64,000 bases of DNA from Methanocaldococcus indicus (GTDB lineage: Archaea > AGJL01 > Methanococci > Methanococcales > Methanocaldococcaceae). The position numbers were made by a program, and so were the translations under genes. Location of the stretch: NCBI RefSeq assembly GCF_049554935.1, contig NZ_CP186926.1, positions 352,001 to 416,000 of the forward strand, written 5' to 3'. Of the stretch, positions 33,625-46,768 are shown piece after piece (position 1 is the first letter of the stretch; every line of letters starts with the position of its first letter). The notes beneath the pieces are model-generated. The model worked only from the letters and a program-made list of their open reading frames with translations, was not told the origin of the DNA and did no database searches.

Positions 33625-34821
33625 TTCCTCAAAAGCTTTAATTTCAAATTCAATGGCTTCCTTTTTTGAATAACTGCCACTAATTTCTCCATCTAATGTT
33701 AAGCTTTCTACTCCCCTAACAACTATCCTATCTTTTCCATCCCTTCTTAAAATTTCCTCAGCTACATTTGTATGGACAAATGCATTAGCGGGAATAAAGA
33801 CAGTATCTTTAACCTCTCTTAAATCTATTTTTTCTAAATCTTTGGATGTTATTAAATCAGCTATATCTTTATTAACTTTAACAACATTTACATCAGTATT
33901 TTCAAATATTTTATTTAAGTAAGGATAAGCTATCTTTCCTGTTATTATAGTTGCTTCTCCTTCAACTTTATCTCTCAATTTTTCTAAAATTTTTTCTTCC
34001 TTTGCAATAGCAAATGGTGTATTTGTTACTGGGTCATATAGAGGAGTTCCTGAAACTCTTATATAATCTCCAAATTCTTCATAAACTTTCTTAACAATAT
34101 TTTTAAATTCTTCAACTGAATGTGTCTTTAAACCTTCAATTATTGGGGCATTTCCTAAAATTAAGCCCTGTTCTTCTGTATTTGCAAATCTCATTAATAT
34201 AACTGCCTTAGCTCCCCAATCTACTAAATCACTTATAGTCTTAAAAAGTTCTTCTCCATCATTTACTCCTGGAATAACAATTATAGCACAATGAACTTCA
34301 CAATTTTCACAAAAATATTTTAAGCATTTTAAAGCTGTTTCAGCATTTTTATCATTCATCCATTCTTTTCTTAACTTTGGATTTGTTGAAAAGACAGAAA
34401 AAGTGACTTCATCAACACCATAATCAACTAAATTTTTTGCTATCTCTTCATTATTAAAACCTTTGCCAGATGTATAACCTAAATGGATTTTTAAATTAAA
34501 GTTAGATATTGCTTTACATAAATCTTCCAAAAATGGATAACAACTTACATCCCCTCCAGCTGTTAAAGAAACTTTTTTATATCTCTTAAAAATTAAAGAA
34601 CTTTGTAAATTCATCAAAACCATAGGAATTGGTAAAAAATCTCCATTAATTTCTCTAACTGAGTATGTACAGTATTCACAACCTACTGTAAATTGGCAAT
34701 ACTTACAACCTAAGGGATATAAATTATTTTTATCTAACTTTCTAAAATAGCAAAACTTACAAAATCCATTGCAATTAACTCCTGGCTCCCCTTTTAAGTC
34801 TAATAATAACCTACTCTCCAT
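33586..34821 (-). CDS. mmp10: Methanogenesis marker 10 radical SAM protein (MCR arginine methyltransferase)
   Basis: [14 protein letters not shown], second Cys cluster [30 protein letters not shown]. Confidence 0.88.
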   Translation of the reverse strand: MESRLLLDLKGEPGVNCNGFCKFCYFRKLDKNNLYPLGCKYCQFTVGCEYCTYSVREINGDFLPIPMVLMNLQSSLIFKRYKKVSLTAGGDVSCYPFLEDLCKAISNFNLKIHLGYTSGKGFNNEEIAKNLVDYGVDEVTFSVFSTNPKLRKEWMNDKNAETALKCLKYFCENCEVHCAIIVIPGVNDGEELFKTISDLVDWGAKAVILMRFANTEEQGLILGNAPIIEGLKTHSVEEFKNIVKKVYEEFGDYIRVSGTPLYDPVTNTPFAIAKEEKILEKLRDKVEGEATIITGKIAYPYLNKIFENTDVNVVKVNKDIADLITSKDLEKIDLREVKDTVFIPANAFVHTNVAEEILRRDGKDRIVVRGVESLTLDGEISGSYSKKEAIEFEIKAFEELIGMINFFGIKK

Positions 34822-34864
34822 ATCTATCCCAAGAAATAAAAAATTAAAAATTAAATATTATAAT

Positions 34865-35962
<1,098 letters not shown>

Positions 35963-36045
35963 TTAAGATTAAACTTAAAAAATTAAATAATTATTGTAAA
36001 TGAAAATGAATTATAGAAATAATAAAAATAATAAAATCAAGTTAA

Positions 36046-37137
36046 ATGGGAATTTTTATGCTAATAAAGTCCAAATTTTTAGTTGGTGAAGATTTTGAAA
36101 TTAAAGAGGGAACTATAATTATTGAAGATGGAGAAATTAAAGGATTTACAAATGAAAAGGAAGATTTAAAAGTTAATGGACTATTTATTCCGGGAGTAAT
36201 AAATGCTCATACTCACATAGCAGACAATATAATAAAAGATATTGGTGTTAATAAAACTTTGGATGAATTGGTTAAGCCTCCAAATGGACTAAAACATAAA
36301 TATTTAAAAGTTCTCTCAAATGAAGATATAAAAAGAGGGATTTTATATGGATTAAAAGATTTAGAAGATTTTGGTGTTAAAATTTTTTGTGATTTTAGAG
36401 AAAATGGATTAGATGGAGTTAAACTTTTAAAAGAGTGTTTGAATAAGAGTAAAGTCAAAGGAGTTGTTTTAGGAAGACCATCAAGCTTAGAAGAATGCAA
36501 AGAGATATTAAAGATAGCTGATGGTATAAATTTAAGTGGTGCAAATGAAAACTCAGATAATTTTCTAAAAGCTGTTTATAAAGAATGCTTAAAAAACAAT
36601 AAACTTTTTGGGATACATGTAGCTGAGCATAAAGAAGCAGTAGAATTTAGCTTAAAAAAATATAATAAAACTGAATTAGAGAGATTAATTGATTTAGGAG
36701 TTATACCATCATTTATAGTTCATGGAGTCCATCTTACAGATAATGATATTTCTATCTTAGAAGAGAAAAATATTCCTATTGTATTATGTGTTAGAGCAAA
36801 TCTATATTTAAATGTTGGGATACCTAATTTAGAGAAATTAAAAAATTTAACTCTTGGCTTAGGAACAGATAATTTTATGATAAACTCTCCATCTATATTT
36901 AGAGAAATGGAATATATTTTTAGATTGTATCATTTAGAACCAAAAGAAATTTTAAGAATGGCTACTATAAACAATGCAAAAATATTAAATCTTGATAAAA
37001 TAGGATTAATTGAGGAAGGATACAAACCAATCTTTACTATTATAAAAGAAAATGCTTTTTTATTTAGTAAAGATATTGTTGCTTCATTGTTTAGGGTTGA
37101 AAAAGGAGATATTATAAATCTTAATATAATATATTAA
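36046..37137 (+). CDS. Metal-dependent amidohydrolase/deaminase
   Basis: NAHTH, HVAE, VHG, GTDN. Confidence 0.85.
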   Translation: MGIFMLIKSKFLVGEDFEIKEGTIIIEDGEIKGFTNEKEDLKVNGLFIPGVINAHTHIADNIIKDIGVNKTLDELVKPPNGLKHKYLKVLSNEDIKRGILYGLKDLEDFGVKIFCDFRENGLDGVKLLKECLNKSKVKGVVLGRPSSLEECKEILKIADGINLSGANENSDNFLKAVYKECLKNNKLFGIHVAEHKEAVEFSLKKYNKTELERLIDLGVIPSFIVHGVHLTDNDISILEEKNIPIVLCVRANLYLNVGIPNLEKLKNLTLGLGTDNFMINSPSIFREMEYIFRLYHLEPKEILRMATINNAKILNLDKIGLIEEGYKPIFTIIKENAFLFSKDIVASLFRVEKGDIINLNIIY

Positions 37138-37192
37138 AATTAATTATACCTATAAGTATTTATTTTAGATTGTTAGGAAATTTATAATATAA

Positions 37193-38209
<1,017 letters not shown>

Positions 38210-38269
38210 ATTTTATTATCTATTTTTTAATTTTTTAATTATATATAGTTATATAGCAGATGGTTAGAT

Positions 38270-38698
38270 ATGGATATATTAAATAAGTTAAATATAAAAA
38301 TTGATGAACTCATTGATAGTGCTTTAATGTTGTATGTTGGAGAAAAGAATGAGATTCCAAAAGTTAAAGAAAAGTTAGAGAAAATTATTATAGATAGTTT
38401 AAATAATCCAAATGTATCAGTTTTATTGATAGCTGCTTTTTTATTAGATAAAGAAGGAAAAAAAGGGAACCTTCCATTTAATTATCATGATGACCCAAAC
38501 TATATTTATGTTGATGAAGTTATTGGCTTAGCTATTGCAAATGAAATAGCAGGGACAAAAGCTATATTTAATTTTAGATTCTATGATAAGCATAAACCTG
38601 GAGTTATTGGTAAGTTGGATAGAGAAGGTTATATGTTTTTAGATGATGCAATTGCTGGATTGTTGGCTGGATGTATGAGCAAAGTATTTGAAAAATAA
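38270..38698 (+). CDS. cobZ: PgpA-like protein / alpha-ribazole phosphatase CobZ
   Basis: DP...VDEVIG, AGTKAIFNF.FYD..KPG, FLDDAIAG. Confidence 0.7.
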   Translation: MDILNKLNIKIDELIDSALMLYVGEKNEIPKVKEKLEKIIIDSLNNPNVSVLLIAAFLLDKEGKKGNLPFNYHDDPNYIYVDEVIGLAIANEIAGTKAIFNFRFYDKHKPGVIGKLDREGYMFLDDAIAGLLAGCMSKVFEK

Positions 38699-38717
38699 AA
38701 ATTTTTGGTGAAAAAAT

Positions 38718-40025
38718 ATGCTAAAAGCAATAGAGAAGTTTTTTGAGTTTGAAAAGTATAATACTAATATAAAAATTGAGACATTAGCAGGACTAACAAC
38801 TTTTATGACTATGGCTTATATTATCTTTGTGAATCCAGCAATACTTTCAAAGACAGGAATGGACTTTGGAGCTGTTATGGTTGCTACTTGCTTAGCATCA
38901 GCAATAGCTACTTTTATAATGGGTGTTTATGCAAGATATCCTTTTGCCTTAGCACCTGGAATGGGATTAAATGCTTATTTTACTTATGGAGTTTGTTTAG
39001 GGATGGGAATTGATTGGAGAGTTGCATTAGGAGCAGTCTTTATTTCAGGTGTTTTGTTTGTTATTTTAACATTAACAAAAATTAGAAGTTGGATTTTTAA
39101 TGTTATTCCTAATGCTATTAAGTATGGAACTGCTGTTGGTATTGGATTGTTTATAGCTTTTATAGGGTTAAAAGCTGCTGGAATTATTGTAGCAAGTAAA
39201 GCAACTTATGTTACATTAGGTAATCTTTTAAATCCAACAACAGCATTGGCAATGTTTGGGATATTATTAACAGCTATCTTAGTTAGTAGAAATGTTATAG
39301 GAGGAATACTATTAGGAATAATAATAACTTCTTTAATAGGGATGATTTTAGGATTATCCCCATTCCCTGATGGAATAGTTTCTTTACCTCCTTCAATTGC
39401 TCCAACATTTATGAAATTAGATGTTATTGGAGCTTTAAATTTAGGATTATTAACAATTGTCTTAGCTTTCTTCTTTGTTGATTTGTTTGATACATTAGGA
39501 ACATTATCAGCATTAGCCTCTCAAGCAGGATATTTAGATAAAGATGGAAAATTACCAAGAATAGAAAAAGCTTTAATGGCAGATTCTACTGGGACTGTTG
39601 TAGGTTCAATATTAGGAACTTCAACTGTAACAACATATATAGAATCTGCCTCTGGAATTGCTGTTGGTGGAAGAACAGGATTTGTTGCAGTTGTAGTTTC
39701 AATATTGTTCTTATTGTCAATATTCTTTTATCCATTAGTTAAAGCAATTCCAGAATATGCAACAGCATCAGCTTTGGTTATAGTTGGAGCTTTAATGATG
39801 AAGGCAATAAAATACATTGATTTTGATGACTATACAGAGGGAATTCCTGCATTTATAACACTCTTAACAATTCCTTTAACATTTAGTATTGCAAATGGTT
39901 TAGCTCTTGGATTTATTTCATATGTTGTCCTAAAAGTATTTACTGGGAAATACAAAGAGGTTCATTGGTTAGTTTATATCTTAGCAGGAATATTTGCTTT
40001 AAGATTTATTTATCTTGGTCATTAA
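38718..40025 (+). CDS. NCS2/AzgA-family purine permease
   Basis: AGLTTFMTMAYI, APGMGLNAYF, YIESASG, GGRTG. Confidence 0.93.
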   Translation: MLKAIEKFFEFEKYNTNIKIETLAGLTTFMTMAYIIFVNPAILSKTGMDFGAVMVATCLASAIATFIMGVYARYPFALAPGMGLNAYFTYGVCLGMGIDWRVALGAVFISGVLFVILTLTKIRSWIFNVIPNAIKYGTAVGIGLFIAFIGLKAAGIIVASKATYVTLGNLLNPTTALAMFGILLTAILVSRNVIGGILLGIIITSLIGMILGLSPFPDGIVSLPPSIAPTFMKLDVIGALNLGLLTIVLAFFFVDLFDTLGTLSALASQAGYLDKDGKLPRIEKALMADSTGTVVGSILGTSTVTTYIESASGIAVGGRTGFVAVVVSILFLLSIFFYPLVKAIPEYATASALVIVGALMMKAIKYIDFDDYTEGIPAFITLLTIPLTFSIANGLALGFISYVVLKVFTGKYKEVHWLVYILAGIFALRFIYLGH

Positions 40026-40094
40026 GCTAAATATACTAAAAAAATTTTTATTATCATTTATCATTATATTTTTAATAAAAAATCTGGGTTTGTT

Positions 40095-40505
40095 ATGAGA
40101 GGGCAGATAGCAATAGATGCTATTTTAGCAGTATTGTTTTTGTTATTGGTAAGTACTGTATTATCCTATACAATAATCTTTAACTCAAAAGAGACAACTT
40201 ACTCATTATTAGCAGATAGATTTTCAGATATTGCTGATACTATTGATAACTATATTTTATTATCTTACTCCCAACAAAAAAATATAACAATTGTTTTAAA
40301 ACCTGTTGGAACTTTAACTTACTCAGTTTATATTAAAAATTATGTTATTGATGTTGATAGTCCCATATACATTAAAATTGTTCCTTATGAAGATGGAGTA
40401 AAGTTAGAGAATGTTAATACCTCAACAATAGATGTAGGGAATAGAGTTGTTATAATTCACAATAGTATAAACATATCAAAACCTTTAAAGGTTAAGATAT
40501 ATTAG
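40095..40505 (+). CDS. Class III signal peptide (pilin-like) protein
   Basis: MRG/QIAID followed by a hydrophobic helix. Confidence 0.75.
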   Translation: MRGQIAIDAILAVLFLLLVSTVLSYTIIFNSKETTYSLLADRFSDIADTIDNYILLSYSQQKNITIVLKPVGTLTYSVYIKNYVIDVDSPIYIKIVPYEDGVKLENVNTSTIDVGNRVVIIHNSINISKPLKVKIY

Positions 40506-41850
40506 CTATTGTTCTTACATATCCTCCTCCATCTCCAACAGGGACAGTTTGTCCATTTTTTCCACAGTATCCAATATTCAGCTCAAAATCCTTAGTTACT
40601 GCATCAACTTTAAATAATATGTCTAAAATCTCTCCACTTAATCCAGCATCTCTTAAATTATCTCTTAATTCACCATTTTCTATTAATCTTGCTTCAACTG
40701 CTGAAAATTGGAAAATACCTTTTCCAGTATCTACTTGTCCTCCTCTTGAACCAATTAATAAAATTCCATTCCTTGTATCTTCTATTAACTCATCTAAATT
40801 CCAATCTCCTGGTTTTATGTAGGTGTTGCTCATTCTAACAATTGGTTTATTTAATCCTTCTGCTCTACCATTTCCTGTTAATTCAGCATCTAATCTTCCA
40901 GCTGTTTCTCTACTATGCAAATAACTCTTTAATATACCTTTTTCAATAATTACAGTTTCTTTTCCTTTAACACCTTCATCATCATATTTATATGAGCCAA
41001 AACCATCTTTTATAGTTGGGTTATCTATGATAGTTACATATTCACTACCTACTTCTTCACCTAATTTATCTTTAAATACACTATCATTTTGTAAAACCAA
41101 ATCTGCTTCAGCAGCATGTCCAACAGCTTCATGTATAAATACTCCTGCTAATTCTGGATTCAATATAACTTTAAACTCACCTTTTGGGCATTTTTTAGCA
41201 TTTAATAATCTTAAAACTCTATCTTTTGCCTCTTTTGCTTTATTTAGATAGTTGTCTAAAATTATTTTAAAATCAACTCCTCCAACTCTTTCAGAGGAAA
41301 ATTGTAAATTTCCATTTTCCTCTGCAACACAATTCATTCCTAAATAACATCCATATTTTATACTTTCAATACAGCTCCCTTCACTGTTTAAAAAAATCTT
41401 TTTGGAGTAGCCATCAGAATAACTGACAGTTACACTTTTAATTTTATCATCTTTTAATTCACTATATGTATTAAATAAAATCTCTTCTTTATCTTTGATA
41501 TCCACATCAGTAGGTTTTATTTTTCCGGAAATTTCATATTTATCTTTTATAGCTTTATATTCTTTAAATTTTACCTCTTTATTTGAGTATTCATTTGATA
41601 GTTTTGCCATCTTATAAGCTTTCTCAATTAGTTCATTTATATTATTTATTTTATTTGAAAGAGCAAAACCCCAACCATTTTTATACAAAACTCTTACAGA
41701 AACTCCATAACTTACTCCTGAACTAATCTCCTCAATATTTCCATCTTTTAATATCAAATTATTACTTTCAGATTGAGCTATTCTAACATCTACATAATCC
41801 CCAATATCTAAATTTATCTTATCTATATCTATGTTCATAAATCTCACCAA
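40492..41850 (-). CDS. tldD: TldD/PmbA-family metalloprotease
   Basis: HEAVGH..EAD, DDEG, RMSNT, CGK.GQ.VPV. Confidence 0.92.
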   Translation of the reverse strand: MVRFMNIDIDKINLDIGDYVDVRIAQSESNNLILKDGNIEEISSGVSYGVSVRVLYKNGWGFALSNKINNINELIEKAYKMAKLSNEYSNKEVKFKEYKAIKDKYEISGKIKPTDVDIKDKEEILFNTYSELKDDKIKSVTVSYSDGYSKKIFLNSEGSCIESIKYGCYLGMNCVAEENGNLQFSSERVGGVDFKIILDNYLNKAKEAKDRVLRLLNAKKCPKGEFKVILNPELAGVFIHEAVGHAAEADLVLQNDSVFKDKLGEEVGSEYVTIIDNPTIKDGFGSYKYDDEGVKGKETVIIEKGILKSYLHSRETAGRLDAELTGNGRAEGLNKPIVRMSNTYIKPGDWNLDELIEDTRNGILLIGSRGGQVDTGKGIFQFSAVEARLIENGELRDNLRDAGLSGEILDILFKVDAVTKDFELNIGYCGKNGQTVPVGDGGGYVRTIANIS

Positions 41851-41911
41851 AAAATAATATAATCTAATTTTAAAAATATCTTTTTAAGATATAAGATTTA
41901 AGTGATTACTT

Positions 41912-42631
41912 ATGGACTCTTTTGAAAAGCTTAAAGATAAGTATAAAGGAAAAAGGATAGTTTTAGCATATTCTGGTGGAATAGATAGCTTAGTTTTAGC
42001 TATCTTATTGAGTGAAGTAGCTAATATTCTAAATGTATTCATAAAAACTCCCTATATATCTAACTATTCATTAAAAAATGCTATAAGGTTAGCAGAAAAA
42101 TACAAATTAAATCTTAGAGTAATTAATATAAATGAAATAATAAAAAATGATAAATATAGATGTTACTATTGCAAGAAGATGTTTTTTGAAACTTTAAATG
42201 AGATAAAGGATACTGAGAACCATGATTTAGTTGTTGATGGAACTAACTATGATGATATATTTGAAGATAGAAAAGGTTTAAAAGCTAAGGAAGAGTTAAA
42301 TGTAGTTTCTCCCTATGTAGAATTTAAAATTAGGAAAAGAGATATTTTAGATTATGCCAAAAACAACAATATTGAAATTCCTCCAAAAGAAACATGTCTA
42401 TTAACAAGATTTTATAGAGAGGTAGATTTAGAGGACATAAAGAAAGTTGAAATCTTAGAGGAGTTTTTAAGAAATTTTACAGAAGGAGCTATAAGGTTAA
42501 GAGATTACATAGATTATTGTATATTAGAAGTAGAATATCCCGAAGATATATTTAAGAATAGAGATAAGATTTTAAATCATTTAAAAAAATACTATAAGAA
42601 AGTTTTACTAAACTTAGAAAAATATCAATGA
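41912..42631 (+). CDS. LarE-like PP-loop ATP-dependent sulfur transferase
   Basis: AYSGGIDS, RCYYCKK, DGTN.DD..EDR.G, CLLTRF. Confidence 0.75.
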   Translation: MDSFEKLKDKYKGKRIVLAYSGGIDSLVLAILLSEVANILNVFIKTPYISNYSLKNAIRLAEKYKLNLRVININEIIKNDKYRCYYCKKMFFETLNEIKDTENHDLVVDGTNYDDIFEDRKGLKAKEELNVVSPYVEFKIRKRDILDYAKNNNIEIPPKETCLLTRFYREVDLEDIKKVEILEEFLRNFTEGAIRLRDYIDYCILEVEYPEDIFKNRDKILNHLKKYYKKVLLNLEKYQ

Positions 42632-42734
42632 ATTTAAATTATTTTTAATAATCCGTATAATTTTAATAGTATTGAGCTTTATAATAATTTACTTTTAAAA
42701 ACTATCAACCTACATATATTTGAAGGGGATTTTT

Positions 42735-45359
42735 ATGGCTAAAAAGAAGAAAAAAGAAACACCTAAATTAAGATGTCCTATTGTGAGTGTTTTAGGACAC
42801 GTTGACCATGGAAAATGTGTCCATCCTAAAAGTAAGATTTTAACAAAATATGGAGAAATAGAAATAGAGGAATTATTTAACATAAGTAATGAGATTGTTG
42901 ATAAAGACAATAAAAAAATTATTAAAAAGTTAGATATTGATGTTTATTCATTAGATAAGGATGGAAAAGTTAAAGAAATAAATTCATTGTATATTTGGAA
43001 ATTGAGACATGTTGGAAAATTAGTTAAAGTAAAAACAGAAAATTATGAGGTTATAACCACATTAGAACATCCATTCTTAACAAATTTAGGTTGGAAAAAA
43101 GGAGAATTTTTAAATGTTGGAGATTACATTGCAACAATAAAAAATGATACTGAAGATTATCCAATATTTGAAGATTTAAAGAGATTAAGGATTTTATTTG
43201 GATTAACAAAGGAAGAGGTAGATATAGAGAATTATAACAAAATTGAAAATGGGGAAATTGTCCCAAACAAAAGTATTATAGAAGAGTTCATTAAAAACCT
43301 AAATCCTAAAAATTTAGATGAAAAAATTAGAGTTTTAGAGAGTTTGGATAAAAGTAGTAAATACTATAAGGAGTTTTTAGAAGATGGTTTAATAGAAAAT
43401 GATAATTTAACTGAATTAGGAAAAGAAGCTCTTAATATATGGAAGAATAAGGAGTTTGGAGAGGAAGATAAAGAATATATCTTAAATTTAGTTAATAATA
43501 TATCTTTTGATAAGATTGAAGATATTGAATTTATAGATTATGATGGATATGTCTATGATTTATCTGTGGAAACAGAGAACTTTATAGCTAATGGTGTAGT
43601 TGTTCATAATACAACTCTATTAGATAAAATAAGAAAAACAAAAGTTGCTAAGAGAGAAGCAGGTGGAATGACTCAGCATATTGGAGCAAGTGAGATTCCT
43701 ATTGATGTAATAAAGAAGGTTTGTGGAGATTTATTAAAGATGTTAAAAGCTGATTTAAAAATACCTGGAATTTTGATGATAGATACTCCTGGACATGAAG
43801 CTTTCACTTCTCTAAGAAAAAGAGGAGGTGCTTTAGCAGATTTAGCTATTTTAGTTGTAGATATGAATGAAGGATTTATGCCTCAAACACATGAAGCTTT
43901 AAATATATTAATGCAGACAAAGACGCCATTTGTTGTAGCAGCTAATAAGATTGATTTAATTCCAGGTTGGAACTCTAAAGAAGATTATCCTTTTATATTA
44001 AACTTCAATGAAAAAGTTCAACATCCTAATGCATTAACAGAATTTGAAATTAGATTGTATGAAAATATTATAAAACCACTCAATGAGAAAGGATTTGATG
44101 CAGATTTATATTCAAGAGTTAAAGATTTAACTAAAACTGTCTGTATAATTCCTGTATCTGCTAAGACAGGAGAAGGTATCCCAGATTTATTAATGATGGT
44201 TGCAGGACTTGCACAGAAGTTTTTAGAAGAGAGATTAAAGTTGAATGTAGAAGGTTATGCAAAAGGGACAATTTTAGAAGTTAAAGAGGAGAAAGGTTTA
44301 GGGAAAACAATTGATGTAATTATTTATGATGGTATTGCTAAGAGAGGAGATTATTTAGTTGTTGGTTTGCCAAACAATGAAGTTTTAGTTACAAGAGTTA
44401 AAGCTCTTTTAAAGCCAAAACCTTTGGATGAAATGAGAGACCCAAGAGATAAGTTTAAGCCAGTTAATGAAGTTGTTGCAGCTGCTGGAGTTAAAATAGC
44501 TGCTCCTGATTTAGATAAAGTTATTGCTGGATGTCCTATAAGGATTGTGCCAAAGGATAAGATAGAGGAGGCAAAACAGGAGGTTATAAAAGAGGTTGAA
44601 GAGGCAAAGATAGAAGTTGATGATGAAGGAATCATAGTTAAAGCAGATACATTGGGTAGTTTAGAGGCATTATGTAATGAATTAAGAAAGGCAGGCATTA
44701 AAATCAAAAAAGCAGAGGTAGGGGATATATCTAAAAAGGATGTTATTGAAGCAGCATCATATCTACAAGATAATCCATTATATGCAGTTATAGTAGGATT
44801 TAATGTTAAGATTCTCCCAGATGCTGAAAAAGAGTTAGAAAAACACAAAGGAGTAAAGATATTCTTAGACAATATAATTTATAAGATTGTAGAGGATTTA
44901 ACTGAATGGATAGAGAAAGAAAAAGAAAGAAGAGAAAGAGAAGAATTTGAAAAATTAATAAAACCAGCAATAGTAAGAATATTGCCAGATTGTATATTTA
45001 GACAAAAATCTCCTGCTATCTGTGGAGTTGAAGTTTTAGAAGGAACATTAAAAGTAGGAGTGCCATTAATGAGAGAGGATGGTATGGAGTTAGGATATGT
45101 TAAGGAAATTAAATATAGGAATGAGAATGTGAAAGAAGCAAAAGAAGGACAAGCTGTCTCTATATCAATAGATGGGAGATGTACATTAAAGAGGCATGTA
45201 GATGAAGGAGACATAATGTATGTTAAAGTTCCTGAAGAGCATGTTAGGAAGTTGTATCATGAATATAGAGATAAGTTGAGAGAAGATGAAAAAGAAGCAT
45301 TATTAAAATATATGGAATTAATGCGGAAATTAACAGGAAATATATTCTGGGGAAGATAA
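42735..45359 (+). CDS. infB: Translation initiation factor aIF5B (IF-2), intein-containing
   Basis: GHVDHGK / TTLLD split by an insert; DTPGHEAF, NKID. Confidence 0.96.
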   Translation: MAKKKKKETPKLRCPIVSVLGHVDHGKCVHPKSKILTKYGEIEIEELFNISNEIVDKDNKKIIKKLDIDVYSLDKDGKVKEINSLYIWKLRHVGKLVKVKTENYEVITTLEHPFLTNLGWKKGEFLNVGDYIATIKNDTEDYPIFEDLKRLRILFGLTKEEVDIENYNKIENGEIVPNKSIIEEFIKNLNPKNLDEKIRVLESLDKSSKYYKEFLEDGLIENDNLTELGKEALNIWKNKEFGEEDKEYILNLVNNISFDKIEDIEFIDYDGYVYDLSVETENFIANGVVVHNTTLLDKIRKTKVAKREAGGMTQHIGASEIPIDVIKKVCGDLLKMLKADLKIPGILMIDTPGHEAFTSLRKRGGALADLAILVVDMNEGFMPQTHEALNILMQTKTPFVVAANKIDLIPGWNSKEDYPFILNFNEKVQHPNALTEFEIRLYENIIKPLNEKGFDADLYSRVKDLTKTVCIIPVSAKTGEGIPDLLMMVAGLAQKFLEERLKLNVEGYAKGTILEVKEEKGLGKTIDVIIYDGIAKRGDYLVVGLPNNEVLVTRVKALLKPKPLDEMRDPRDKFKPVNEVVAAAGVKIAAPDLDKVIAGCPIRIVPKDKIEEAKQEVIKEVEEAKIEVDDEGIIVKADTLGSLEALCNELRKAGIKIKKAEVGDISKKDVIEAASYLQDNPLYAVIVGFNVKILPDAEKELEKHKGVKIFLDNIIYKIVEDLTEWIEKEKERREREEFEKLIKPAIVRILPDCIFRQKSPAICGVEVLEGTLKVGVPLMREDGMELGYVKEIKYRNENVKEAKEGQAVSISIDGRCTLKRHVDEGDIMYVKVPEEHVRKLYHEYRDKLREDEKEALLKYMELMRKLTGNIFWGR
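42816..43610 (+). mobile_element. Intein (265 aa) in the aIF5B P-loop
   Basis: Starts CVHP, block B TTLEHPF, ends VYDLSVETENFIANGVVVHN followed by Thr. Confidence 0.93.
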
Positions 45360-46145
45360 ATGATAATTCCTGCCCACATTACAGGATTTTTTACAATACA
45401 TAAGGAAAAAATTCCTATAAAATCTGGCTCTACAGGGGCTGGAATAACATTAGATAAAGGAGTAGAGATTAGATTAGAAGATGGGACTGGAAAGATATAC
45501 TACAATGATAAAAGAGCTGATATATGTCCTGTAAAAAAGATTCTAAAAGAGGAAACTGAGAATATATTTGATGTGTATTTTTACTCTCCTTTCCCCTTAG
45601 GTAGTGGATTAGGAATGTCTGGGGCATGTAGTTTAGCATTAACAAAAATTTTAAAGTTACCTATTGAAAAGGCTCATATTGCAGAGGTTGAATGCAACAC
45701 TGGATTAGGTGATGTTATAGCCCAAGCTATTAAAGGATTTGTTATTAGATTATCTCCAGGATTTCCTACTGTTGTTAAGAGAGTTCCTGTAAGAGTGGAA
45801 GATTATTATATAGTTTTAGAAATTTTAGGAGAAAAAGAAACAAAAGATATTCTAACTAATCCAGAACTTACAAAAAGAATAAATTTAAGTGGAGACTTAT
45901 GCTTAGATGAACTGTTGTTAAATCCAACATTAGAGAACTTTATAAAACTATCTTACAGATTTGCTAATGAAACTAATTTAATAGATGATGAGATAAAAGA
46001 GATATGTGAAGATTTAAATAAGATTTGTTTAGGAGCTTCTCAGTCTATGCTTGGAAAAACTGTATTTTGTATAGTAAAGAAAGGACAGTTAAAAGATGTC
46101 TTATCTATCTTAAAGAATCCTATTGTTTGTAAGATTTCTCAATAA
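45360..46145 (+). CDS. pok: Pantoate kinase (GHMP family)
   Basis: PAHITGFF, GSTGAG, PLGSGLGMSGA, TGLGDV, SQSMLG. Confidence 0.88.
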   Translation: MIIPAHITGFFTIHKEKIPIKSGSTGAGITLDKGVEIRLEDGTGKIYYNDKRADICPVKKILKEETENIFDVYFYSPFPLGSGLGMSGACSLALTKILKLPIEKAHIAEVECNTGLGDVIAQAIKGFVIRLSPGFPTVVKRVPVRVEDYYIVLEILGEKETKDILTNPELTKRINLSGDLCLDELLLNPTLENFIKLSYRFANETNLIDDEIKEICEDLNKICLGASQSMLGKTVFCIVKKGQLKDVLSILKNPIVCKISQ

Positions 46146-46221
46146 TGATTTAATTTTTTATTTTTAAATGCATATCTATATATTTAAATTAATCAATAAA
46201 ATACTAAATATAATAAAATAG

Positions 46222-46296
46222 TGCTCCGGCCGGGATTTGAACCCGGGTCGCGGGCTCGAAAGGCCCGCATGATTGGCCGGGCTACACCACCGGAGC
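46222..46296 (-). tRNA. tRNA-Glu(TTC)
   Basis: Minus strand GCTCCGG...anticodon arm CGGGC-CTTTCGA-GCCCG...GGTTCAAATCC...CCGGAGCA; CCA not encoded. Confidence 0.97.
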
Positions 46297-46306
46297 AAAA
46301 AAATAG

Positions 46307-46381
46307 CGGACCCGGGGGGATTTGAACCCCCGACCCCCGGCTTAGAAGGCCGGTGCCCTATCCAGGCTAGGCTACGGGTCC
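46307..46381 (-). tRNA. tRNA-Arg(TCT)
   Basis: Minus strand GGACCCG...CCGGC-CTTCTAA-GCCGG...GGTTCAAATCC...CGGGTCCG; tandem with tRNA-Glu. Confidence 0.97.
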
Positions 46382-46411
46382 TTACAAGAAGAGCAATGTA
46401 TAGAAATAGTA

Positions 46412-46434
46412 AAACCCCTATAAATATTTTTCGT
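46412..46434 (-). promoter_or_regulatory. BRE/TATA promoter of the tRNA-Arg/tRNA-Glu pair
   Basis: Minus strand CGAAAAA-TATTTATAG about 35-50 nt upstream of tRNA-Arg. Confidence 0.6.
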
Positions 46435-46441
46435 TAATTAA

Positions 46442-46768
46442 TTATTTTATATATTCTACTTTCTTTCCTATAAGTTCATTTAAATTAATATTTTTAGACT
46501 TAAACTCTAACATAGCTGTTGAATATTTTTTACACTTATAAAATCTCCAAGGTTTTAATGTTGTAGTTTCAACAACAATATCATTATCTATAAAAAGAAT
46601 ATCAATAGGGTAAAAAACAAAAAAAGTATGAACTGATATCTTCCTTCTTTTATATAGAAATAATAATCCTTTATCTTTAATATCTCTAAACATTAAGCCA
46701 AAAGCTCTTTTTATAAAATTATCTGCTACTTCAACATCAAACACTAAATTATCAATTTTTATTTTCAT
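46442..46768 (-). CDS. DUF192-family protein
   Basis: [24 protein letters not shown]. Confidence 0.85.
   Translation of the reverse strand: MKIKIDNLVFDVEVADNFIKRAFGLMFRDIKDKGLLFLYKRRKISVHTFFVFYPIDILFIDNDIVVETTTLKPWRFYKCKKYSTAMLEFKSKNINLNELIGKKVEYIK

Noticed and set aside
40492-41850. TldD as the protease of the peptide system
   Set aside because: It lies 21 kb away, is widespread in archaea, and nothing links it to the locus.
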